In this document: positions 35,907-43,198 of the stretch, in pieces
How the letters are laid out: every line of letters starts with the position of its first letter
Position numbering within the stretch: the stretch's first letter is position 1
NCBI GenBank assembly: GCA_964348675.1
Contig: CAYGDF010000002.1
Location: 1-45,626, forward strand
Direction of reading: 5' to 3'
Length of the DNA stretch: 45,626 nucleotides
From: an uncultured Candidatus Saccharibacteria bacterium
GTDB lineage: Bacteria > Patescibacteriota > Minisyncoccia > Phycocordibacterales > UBA5272
Notes under the pieces: model-generated
Told to the model about the DNA's origin: nothing
Databases searched by the model: none
What the model saw: the letters and a program-made list of their open reading frames with translations, nothing else
Made by a program: the position numbers and the translations under genes

Positions 35907-37091
35907 CTAGAAATCGAACCTAAACGAACCGCGTCCGCCGTTGTGGAACGATTCCCAAATTCGCTCCGCGTCATCCCTGGTGGCTCCTGGCTCAAACTGA
36001 CGCAAGATGAGGAGAAGTTGGCGCATTTCACCTTCTTTCATGGACTGGCTCATGCCACGCAGGTCACGGCTAGCCCACTCCTGAAAGAGTCGTTGCATGG
36101 AGTCGTCCTTGAAGCCCATCCACACAAAGCCGACATTCGTGAACTTCACCCCAAAGAAGTCAGGATTCATGGATCGCAGAATCTTCGCGCCCACGTGGTC
36201 GTCCCCCTCCACTTGCCACCAAGTGAGCCGAGAGAGGAGAGTGTTCGCAGACTCATTGAACGTCTGCATCATGACTTCCTTCAAGGACTTTCTCGGGTCT
36301 TCTGCAAGGTCGTCGATCAGGTCATCAAACTTCGCCGGGTCGACGATTTTCGCCAAACCGCTTGCTTCGAACACTACGAACTTGTGGTCCATGGTTCTAG
36401 CAACGAACATTCCTGAGAATGCGATTGGCGCTAAGATGAACGCACGTGTCGAACCGAAGAAGAGTGAAAATCGGAAGAGCGCATAGAATGTCACCTGAAA
36501 CAGAAGCGGTGCCATCCCTGGTATGGCATTTATCCCCTCCTTCAGACTTTGACCCGTGCGCTTACCGCCCACGAAAGTCACGACCTCGGCGAATTTAGCC
36601 AGCACATTGCGATGGTTACCGACATACTCACTGATAAACATCACAGCGAAAACCATTCCGGCAATTTGTGGTGACGTGTTGGTCATCTTTTGCGTCCCGA
36701 AGAACTCAAAAGTAACTGGCCCAACTTTGTACACGATTGCTGAGAGGAGGCCGGCCCAAAGAAGTGCGGGTCCGATGATGAGGAGTTGTCCCACACGCGG
36801 TGAAAAGCGGAATCCATTTCGCGAGGCAACCACAATACCGCACGAGGAGATAAGGGCTCCCGCGACCGCTGTCACCGCTAGGCTGGTAAGTGGCCAGTCA
36901 AAACCGTGCGGAATCAGAGTCTCAACATCTGTCCAGAAGTGGACAAGTGCGAATGTGGCCAAGCCGGCGGGTAAACCCACGATGGCGAAAGCCACGAACT
37001 CCCTCTTGAAAAGCAGGTACAGCGCACGACTCCACATCAGCACCACCGCAATAATTGCGAGGAAGTACAGAGGAGTAATAATCTGGTTCAT
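35907..37091 (-). CDS. Hypothetical polytopic membrane protein with a C-terminal soluble domain, on GC-rich cassette 5.
   Basis: 395 aa from ATG 37091. The N-terminal half has several TM segments. High GC3. I recognise no family. Confidence 0.65.
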   Translation of the reverse strand: MNQIITPLYFLAIIAVVLMWSRALYLLFKREFVAFAIVGLPAGLATFALVHFWTDVETLIPHGFDWPLTSLAVTAVAGALISSCGIVVASRNGFRFSPRVGQLLIIGPALLWAGLLSAIVYKVGPVTFEFFGTQKMTNTSPQIAGMVFAVMFISEYVGNHRNVLAKFAEVVTFVGGKRTGQSLKEGINAIPGMAPLLFQVTFYALFRFSLFFGSTRAFILAPIAFSGMFVARTMDHKFVVFEASGLAKIVDPAKFDDLIDDLAEDPRKSLKEVMMQTFNESANTLLSRLTWWQVEGDDHVGAKILRSMNPDFFGVKFTNVGFVWMGFKDDSMQRLFQEWASRDLRGMSQSMKEGEMRQLLLILRQFEPGATRDDAERIWESFHNGGRGSFRFDF

Positions 37092-37250
37092 GAGGAACCC
37101 CCGTTTTGAAGTTAATGATCTAATATCTTGCTTTTGCAAGCTTGCGCGTATTCTGACACAAAAAATTATAAAAGCAAAAATAGGTTGTAATTGAAACTGT
37201 TTTATAGTAGATTTTAAATGATTGAACAAACTCAAGAAAGGTGGACAACC

Positions 37251-37574
37251 ATGGCGACAACTCAAATGGATGTGAGAGTAGAACCGCGGTGGGGATTCTG
37301 GAATATCATCTCCAGCGCTATGGGGATACTGCTTGTGGTAGGGGTTCTGCTCTATGCATTTTTCAGGGCATTCCTCTGGGTGTGGCCCACACTCACATGG
37401 CTCTTGCCGGTGAGCCTCTACGTTGCATTCACCACGTGGATGCTGTACAAGTCAACCCAAATACCTGACGAAGTCGCGAGGAGCCACCGCCAGTACCAAA
37501 CGGTGATAGTGGTCCTGCGAACATTCATAATCCTGATCATTTTCTTCGCGAACACGCGATCGGTCGGGCCATGA
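37251..37574 (+). CDS. Hypothetical small 3-TM membrane protein on cassette 5.
   Basis: RBS aaaggtgga upstream of the ATG, and a hairpin terminator at 37580-37632. Confidence 0.6.
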   Translation: MATTQMDVRVEPRWGFWNIISSAMGILLVVGVLLYAFFRAFLWVWPTLTWLLPVSLYVAFTTWMLYKSTQIPDEVARSHRQYQTVIVVLRTFIILIIFFANTRSVGP

Positions 37575-37659
37575 AAAAGAAGGCGCGATCGAAATGTTGT
37601 TTACAACAATTAGAAAATCGAACGCGCCTTTTGATATGGATTTTTTAATAATATAAAAG

Positions 37660-37687
37660 TTGACATTATCAATATTTAGTGTAGAGT
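37660..37687 (+). promoter_or_regulatory. Sigma70-type promoter (TTGACA, 16-nt spacer, TAGAGT) for the 37801-38394 two-gene operon.
   Basis: ttgaca at 37660-37665 and tagagt at 37682-37687, in an AT-rich patch between GC-rich genes. Confidence 0.5.
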
Positions 37688-37800
37688 TTTAAATAGGAGT
37701 ACGTTTAATCGATTACGTGTTCCTAAGGTTGGAGGCGGACAGCCGTCTCCAGTTTTTAAAATCAAACACCGGTCCAACGGGCCGGAGGAGAAAGAGCATA

Positions 37801-38067
37801 ATGGTCGATCCGGCCACCAAGGCCGCCATACGCCACGAGCGTGCGAAGATTGTTGCGAAAGCGGCAATAGCGTCAGTGATCGGTGCCTGCATTTTGGGAA
37901 CCGTGCTGATTTACTCGATCCACGAGGAGGGAACTCCCGCGGGTCAGGCCAACTTGAAGGAGCGCGAAGAAACACGTCGCTTCAACAAGCAAAAAGAGGT
38001 CGAGCTTGAGCAAATCAAGCTCGAACGCGCTAAACTCGAAGCTACACAAGCGGCTAAGGAGAACTGA
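37801..38067 (+). CDS. Hypothetical single-TM protein with a charged coiled-coil tail, on cassette 5.
   Basis: RBS ggaggag upstream of the ATG, TM segment 'AAIASVIGACILGTVLIY', then a K/E-rich helix. Confidence 0.6.
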   Translation: MVDPATKAAIRHERAKIVAKAAIASVIGACILGTVLIYSIHEEGTPAGQANLKEREETRRFNKQKEVELEQIKLERAKLEATQAAKEN

Positions 38068-38394
38068 ATGGCTGATACAGCCCATGGCGAAGGCGAAAAG
38101 AAGCCTTCACACTTCACCCCAATTATCCTGGCGGCGGCAGTACTCGCGCTCATCGCGTTTGTCCTGCCCATGGCGGGCACGGGCATCGGGGATTTCGTGC
38201 GCAACATCGGCAACGGTGTGGCCGAGGGTGCGGGAAACATCAACTCGCAACGCAACTCCCTCATCGCCATCGGCGTGGGTGCGGGCTTCATGATTGCTGC
38301 ACTCTTCGGTCTGATAGCCTTGGGCTTGCACTGGATGGCAGCTGGAACCAGACCGCCTGCACCACCTGCACCCCCGGCCGGCGGACACCACTAA
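38068..38394 (+). CDS. Hypothetical 2-TM Gly-rich membrane protein with a Pro-rich tail, on cassette 5.
   Basis: The ATG directly follows the stop of the preceding gene (tgaATG), so the two are translationally coupled. Confidence 0.6.
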   Translation: MADTAHGEGEKKPSHFTPIILAAAVLALIAFVLPMAGTGIGDFVRNIGNGVAEGAGNINSQRNSLIAIGVGAGFMIAALFGLIALGLHWMAAGTRPPAPPAPPAGGHH

Positions 38395-38619
38395 CACGCG
38401 AGCAAGCGTACAAAAGAGGGATGATAACCTCTCCAGAAAATTATCCGGGAGAAATTCCGAGCGACGGGCCAACTACCCTTCCCTGAAAAACGTGCGCCAC
38501 CCTTCTTTCCAGCTGGATGGCATATGTCAATCGCGGAAGAAACGGAGTTGGCCCGTTTTTTATTTTATAAAAAAAGAAATACACAGAAATGCTTTCACTT
38601 ATCACGCTATACTTTTTAT

Positions 38620-39507
38620 ATGCAGATAATTCCTCGAAGCGAATTTGAAAATCATAAACTACTTTCCCGTTTACTTGAATTACACGACATACCAGAACAC
38701 ATTTATATAGAAGGAGAATTACCTGATGTGCAAATAGACGAATACGGACGCGCCACTCCACGCATACTCACAATCGTTGGCTCTCGCAAACATACCACCT
38801 ATGCCAAAGATGTAATCGAACACTTAACCAGAAATCTTTCGGGGTCACCTGTAATAATAGTCTCTGGTCTCGCCTTAGGGGTAGATGGGCTTTCTCACAA
38901 GTCCGCACTTAAATATAATTTAAAAACAATCGCAATCCCTGGAAGCGGACTTGATAAAAAAGTTTTATACCCACGAAGTAATCTGTCACTTGCTGAAGAG
39001 ATAATTTCATCTGGAGGAATCCTTCTCTCTGAATTTGACCCTCTTACCCCACCTGCCCCGTGGACATTCCCCGCTCGTAATCGAATCATGGCTGCCTTAT
39101 CTGATGCCGTCCTTATAATAGAAGCCGAAGAAAAATCCGGCACTCTAGTCACCGCTAGACACGCACTTGAACTCGGTCGCGACATGGGAGCCATTCCTGG
39201 AAATATTTTCTCTCCAAATTCCGAAGGCACGAACATGCTCATAAAAGAAGGTGCTTATGTCATTAGAAACATAAAAGATTTGATGGACCTACTCCATTTA
39301 TCTTATGAAGAAAAAGAAAATGTAAGTACAAAAGAATTTTCTCCTCAAGAAAAAATAATAATAGATTTATTAAATGAACCAAAAGAAAAAGATGCTCTTT
39401 TAATCGAAAGCAAACTCTCACCAACAGATTTTTTAATCACACTTTCATCGCTCGAAATGCGAGGTGTTGTACAAGAAACATTTGGCGAAATAAGAATCAT
39501 AGTGTAA
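38620..39507 (+). CDS. dprA: DNA-processing protein DprA (Smf).
   Basis: 'IVSGLALGVDGLSHKSAL' and 'FPARNRIMAALSDAVLIIEAEEKSGTLVTARHALELGRD'. The start is trimmed to ATG 38620, preceded by a TATACT -10 element. Confidence 0.9.
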   Translation: MQIIPRSEFENHKLLSRLLELHDIPEHIYIEGELPDVQIDEYGRATPRILTIVGSRKHTTYAKDVIEHLTRNLSGSPVIIVSGLALGVDGLSHKSALKYNLKTIAIPGSGLDKKVLYPRSNLSLAEEIISSGGILLSEFDPLTPPAPWTFPARNRIMAALSDAVLIIEAEEKSGTLVTARHALELGRDMGAIPGNIFSPNSEGTNMLIKEGAYVIRNIKDLMDLLHLSYEEKENVSTKEFSPQEKIIIDLLNEPKEKDALLIESKLSPTDFLITLSSLEMRGVVQETFGEIRIIV

Positions 39508-39523
39508 AGTACACACCACAAGC

Positions 39524-41749
39524 ATGAAATTACTTATCGTAGAAAGCCCGTCGAAGGCTAAAACAATTGCGAAATATTTAGGAAGCGAGTACGAAGTACG
39601 CGCCTCTGTTGGTCATATCAGAGATTTGCCAAAGAGTAATAAGAAAGCAATCGATATCGAAGGTGGTTTTATTCCTCACTATGAAGTATCTCCTGGGAAA
39701 GAAAAAGTTGTAAGCGAACTTAAATCCCTTTCAAAAAAGGCTTCAGAAATTCTCCTCGCAACCGACCCCGACCGTGAAGGAGAGGCTATCGCTTGGCACA
39801 TAAAAGAAGCAATTGGTCTAAAGGATGCCAAACGTGTTGCCTTCCATGAAATTACCGAAAGTGCTATTAAAGAAGCGATTAAACACCCTCGTGAAATAGA
39901 TAACAATTTAAAAGAAGCCCAGGAAGCACGTCGCGTACTAGATAGACTTGTAGGTTATGACTTGTCTGGAATCATTTGGAAAAAAGTTCGATACGGACTT
40001 TCTGCAGGTCGTGTACAATCCCCCGCGCTTCGCATAGTCATGGAACGCGAACGCGAAATCCGCGCGTTTATTCCTGAGACATATTTCGTCTTAGCTGGTG
40101 AATGGAAGACAGAAGGAAAAATAAAAGAAAGCAAAACCTACACCCTTGCTATGGAGTGCGAGGAACAACCAAAAGTAAAAGATGAGGCCGAGAGAATTGT
40201 AAAACTTGGTCGCGCACACGAATGGGAAGTAACCGCACTTGATAGTACAGAGGTCTCTCGCTCCCCTCGTGCGCCATTTACTACTTCCACCCTTCAGCAA
40301 ACCGCTAGTTCACGTTTAGGATACGCTCCATCACGCACGATGGGTATCGCGCAGAAACTTTATGAAAAAGGTTTGATTACCTACATGCGTACAGACAGCA
40401 CCACTCTTTCAAACCAAGCGCTTGGTGAAATCGCCACAACCGTTGAAAGCATGTTCGGTAAAAATTTCTTGGAAGTTAGAACATACAAAACAAAATCAAA
40501 AAACGCCCAAGAAGCCCATGAAGCGATTCGTCCGACTCATGCGAGCACTCGTAATGGCGGAACAACTGACGATGAAAAAAGATTATATTCTCTAATTTGG
40601 GAAAGAACTGTCGCGTCACAAATGAAAGATGCGAAATTAAAGAGAAGCAAAGTAACTACAAACATTATAGGCTCAAAAGAAAAAATCCCAGACTTTTCTG
40701 TAACTGGTTCAGTGGTAACTTTCCAAGGATGGTTAATCGCTGATCCAGATGCCAAAGGTGATGATGTACAACTTCCAGAACTTACTATCAGCGACCCACT
40801 TAAACTTCTCACCCTTCAATCAATAGAAAAGCAAACTCAACCGCCTTCACGTTATACAGAAGCTGGATTAATCAAAGAACTTGAAAAGCGTGGAATCGGA
40901 CGCCCTTCTACTTATGCTTCTATCATTTCTACTATCGAAGACCGTGGGTATGTAGATAAGATAAATAAAGCACTTCATCCAACAGATACAGGTGAAGTGG
41001 TTACGACATTTCTAGAACAAGAACTTGGTCAGTACATTTCAGATACTTTCACGGCAGACATGGAAGACAAGTTGGATAAGATTGCCAATGGTGAAGCAAC
41101 ATATTTAAAAACTCTCACGGATTTCTACGGACCATTTTTGAAAGATGTTAAGAGTAAGGACAAATTAGAAAAAGCGACAAATCTAGGTGAAGCACCTGAC
41201 GATTTGCTTTGTCCACTTTGTGATTCAAAGATGGTGATTAAACTCGCAAAGAATGGAAAGTTTTATTCCTGTTCAAAATATCCAGAGTGTAAGGGTGCAC
41301 GTAAAATAGACGGCACAATAATGGAAGGGCCAAAGATGCTAGGAAGAGAATGTCCGAAGTGTGGAAAAGGAGAACTCATGGAGCGTGACGGACGATACGG
41401 TAAATTCATAGCGTGTTCAAACTATCCAAAGTGTAAATATATAGAACAAGATGAAGAACTAAGAAAAGCCAACTCAACCGGAGTAAGTTGTAATAAATGT
41501 AAAGACGGATACATGGAAGAAAGAAAAGGACGTTTCGGGGTATTCTATTCTTGTTCAAACTACCCTGACTGTAAACACATTATAAAAACCAGACCCACTG
41601 GCCATCGTTGTAATTACAAAAAAGCCGACGGCACTATTTGTGGAGAACTAATGATGGAAGGGACAAAGACGATTCCAGAGCGTTGCAGTGATAAACTCTG
41701 CCCCAATCACAACCCCCACAAGCTCGAGCAAGATAAGAGTAAGAAATAA
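39524..41749 (+). CDS. topA: DNA topoisomerase I with C-terminal zinc-ribbon repeats. The last roughly 25 codons are a GC-recoded replacement.
   Basis: TOPRIM 'LLIVESPSKAKTI' and 'DPDREGEAI', catalytic Tyr region 'ITYMRTDS', and four CxxC...CxxC fingers. Confidence 0.95.
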   Translation: MKLLIVESPSKAKTIAKYLGSEYEVRASVGHIRDLPKSNKKAIDIEGGFIPHYEVSPGKEKVVSELKSLSKKASEILLATDPDREGEAIAWHIKEAIGLKDAKRVAFHEITESAIKEAIKHPREIDNNLKEAQEARRVLDRLVGYDLSGIIWKKVRYGLSAGRVQSPALRIVMEREREIRAFIPETYFVLAGEWKTEGKIKESKTYTLAMECEEQPKVKDEAERIVKLGRAHEWEVTALDSTEVSRSPRAPFTTSTLQQTASSRLGYAPSRTMGIAQKLYEKGLITYMRTDSTTLSNQALGEIATTVESMFGKNFLEVRTYKTKSKNAQEAHEAIRPTHASTRNGGTTDDEKRLYSLIWERTVASQMKDAKLKRSKVTTNIIGSKEKIPDFSVTGSVVTFQGWLIADPDAKGDDVQLPELTISDPLKLLTLQSIEKQTQPPSRYTEAGLIKELEKRGIGRPSTYASIISTIEDRGYVDKINKALHPTDTGEVVTTFLEQELGQYISDTFTADMEDKLDKIANGEATYLKTLTDFYGPFLKDVKSKDKLEKATNLGEAPDDLLCPLCDSKMVIKLAKNGKFYSCSKYPECKGARKIDGTIMEGPKMLGRECPKCGKGELMERDGRYGKFIACSNYPKCKYIEQDEELRKANSTGVSCNKCKDGYMEERKGRFGVFYSCSNYPDCKHIIKTRPTGHRCNYKKADGTICGELMMEGTKTIPERCSDKLCPNHNPHKLEQDKSKK

Positions 41750-41883
41750 ACTGGCTCTGGAAAGTAGACAACCTGCGTTGTCTACGACGTCTTTGTCTGG
41801 CGGAGAGTTATGAGGCTAGCAAGCCGAATCGCGAGCCGGGGTCGAGGAAATTTCGAGCGACGGCGAGAAATTAACCGTGACCG

Positions 41884-41958
41884 AAGACGATTCCAGAAAG
41901 ATGTTCTAACAAAACTTGTCCAAATCATAATCCTCATAAACTAGAAACTAAGAAATAG
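41884..41958 (+). pseudogene. Displaced native 3' end of topA (AT-rich remnant).
   Basis: It encodes KTIPERCSNKTCPNHNPHKLETKK*, compared with the functional end KTIPERCSDKLCPNHNPHKLEQDKSKK*. The 14-nt repeat aagacgattccaga occurs at 41666-41679 and 41884-41897. Confidence 0.8.
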
Positions 41959-42100
41959 AATTTCAAAATTCTTTCTTATTAACCTTTACCATCGAACTGT
42001 ACGCTGTCTTTTTCTGCTGAAAAAGCATCTCGTTCTCGCACCGTCGCGCTCCGAAAGCCAGTTCTCACGGAAAAGGTTGGTGTAGTCTAATACAAAATAT

Positions 42101-42129
42101 TTGCATTTCATCTTCATTTTTTATAGAGT
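42101..42129 (+). promoter_or_regulatory. Putative promoter (TTGCAT, 17-nt spacer, TAGAGT) for the small RHH-like gene.
   Basis: ttgcat at 42101-42106 and tagagt at 42124-42129. Confidence 0.4.
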
Positions 42130-42177
42130 ACTTCCTAACCCCTGTTCTCAGGCTTTCAACTTTGACGGAGTATTGCC

Positions 42178-42357
42178 ATGATTACCATCAGAATCCCAAA
42201 GCGAGTTAATGACGCTGTCGATTTCTACAGGTTGGTAGAAATCGCAGAGATACGCTTCAACCAGATGAGCCACGACGAACGCGTTGCTTTGCTGGGTAAA
42301 TTGTCCGAGCAACGCAACAATAGTCTGCGCGAACTGGTACAACTGCTCGCCAACTAA
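42178..42357 (+). CDS. Small (59 aa) ribbon-helix-helix-like protein on GC-rich cassette 6.
   Basis: RBS ggag upstream of the ATG. 'MITIRIPKRVNDAVDFYRLVE' has a beta-strand-then-helix pattern. The plus-strand terminator at 42398-42428 fixes the orientation. It falls below the ORF-track cutoff. Confidence 0.5.
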   Translation: MITIRIPKRVNDAVDFYRLVEIAEIRFNQMSHDERVALLGKLSEQRNNSLRELVQLLAN

Positions 42358-42397
42358 AGAAACGAGCTGCGACGGTCGTCGCGACAAACCCGCCGCC

Positions 42398-42428
42398 AAA
42401 GCCACGCGCAGACGTGGCTTTTCTTTTT
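42398..42428 (+). terminator. Rho-independent terminator.
   Basis: aaagccacg-cgcaga-cgtggcttt followed by tctttttg. Confidence 0.8.
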
Positions 42429-42445
42429 GCTATACTAATTTGATT

Positions 42446-43159
42446 ATGTTGGCTTTCTACGCCCTAGCACTCATTGTGGTTTTTCTAGGGATGATTCTAA
42501 ATCTTCCAGGTTCTCTTCATATAAACCCGATTCTTCTTCATTTCTATGAACCTCACCTAGTAGTTTTTCTTACGATGGTGTTCTTAGTTTTAGGAGCAAT
42601 CAGTAGAATTATAATTTTATGGGAGCATGTACTGTGGAAAGAGGCGGTCCATTTGGCCGTGTGGGGATTTTTCGGTGGAATACTCGGAGGATATTTCGTG
42701 GGAATTATTCCACAAAAAATAATTGTCCTTGTGTTTTTTATTTCTGGGTTAAGTTATATTTATAGATTTTATAAAAGGCACAAAGGAGAAGAAATAAAGA
42801 AGCACGGCGCTTTTCTTTCCGGATTCGTAACAGCATTTTTACAATCCTTCGGAATATCTGTTGGGGTACTGAGACAAGGATATTTATTTTCTCGCGGACA
42901 CGATTTAGTAACTGTTCAAGCAACCGCTGCAGTTGTTTTCATAACTGGAGGAATCGCGACAATTGTAACTCGAATGTTTCATGAACAGTTTTTTGTTAAA
43001 GACACCATTTCTATTTTAGGATTATTCCCTTTAATGCTTTTAACTGTGTATTTAGCAAAGAAGACTGTTTATAAAATGCCTAAAAAAATTCAAGATGGAA
43101 TTATTATTTACTCCCTTGTTTTATCGCTTTTATTTGCTGTTCCGTATTTATTTAAATAG
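42446..43159 (+). CDS. Polytopic membrane protein, TauE/SafE (TSUP)-like.
   Basis: 237 aa with 7-8 TM segments. The start is trimmed to ATG 42446, after an extended -10 tgctatact. The family call is tentative. Confidence 0.5.
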   Translation: MLAFYALALIVVFLGMILNLPGSLHINPILLHFYEPHLVVFLTMVFLVLGAISRIIILWEHVLWKEAVHLAVWGFFGGILGGYFVGIIPQKIIVLVFFISGLSYIYRFYKRHKGEEIKKHGAFLSGFVTAFLQSFGISVGVLRQGYLFSRGHDLVTVQATAAVVFITGGIATIVTRMFHEQFFVKDTISILGLFPLMLLTVYLAKKTVYKMPKKIQDGIIIYSLVLSLLFAVPYLFK

Positions 43160-43198
43160 GAACTTGAAACTAAAAATCAGAAGCGGTATAGTGGATAT

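Noticed and set aside
41666-41958. A diversity-generating retroelement (TR/VR) explanation for the duplicated topA end.
   Set aside because: Differences between the copies are not restricted to adenine positions; there are C/T and G/C changes and indels. They are largely synonymous, and no reverse transcriptase is nearby.
42148-42405. The 85-aa minus-strand ORF listed in the ORF track.
   Set aside because: It would read through a plus-strand rho-independent terminator and has no RBS. The plus-strand 59-aa ORF has a promoter, an SD and a terminator in the right order. Confidence in this choice is still only moderate.
640-42430. Simple contamination or chimeric assembly as the whole explanation for the GC-rich segments.
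   Set aside because: I do not fully reject this and list it as a check. It is disfavoured because each segment is a complete promoter-SD-ORF-terminator unit placed precisely in an intergenic or 3'-end position. Flanking backbone genes stay intact, and the topA and tRNA junctions carry duplication signatures typical of real insertion events.
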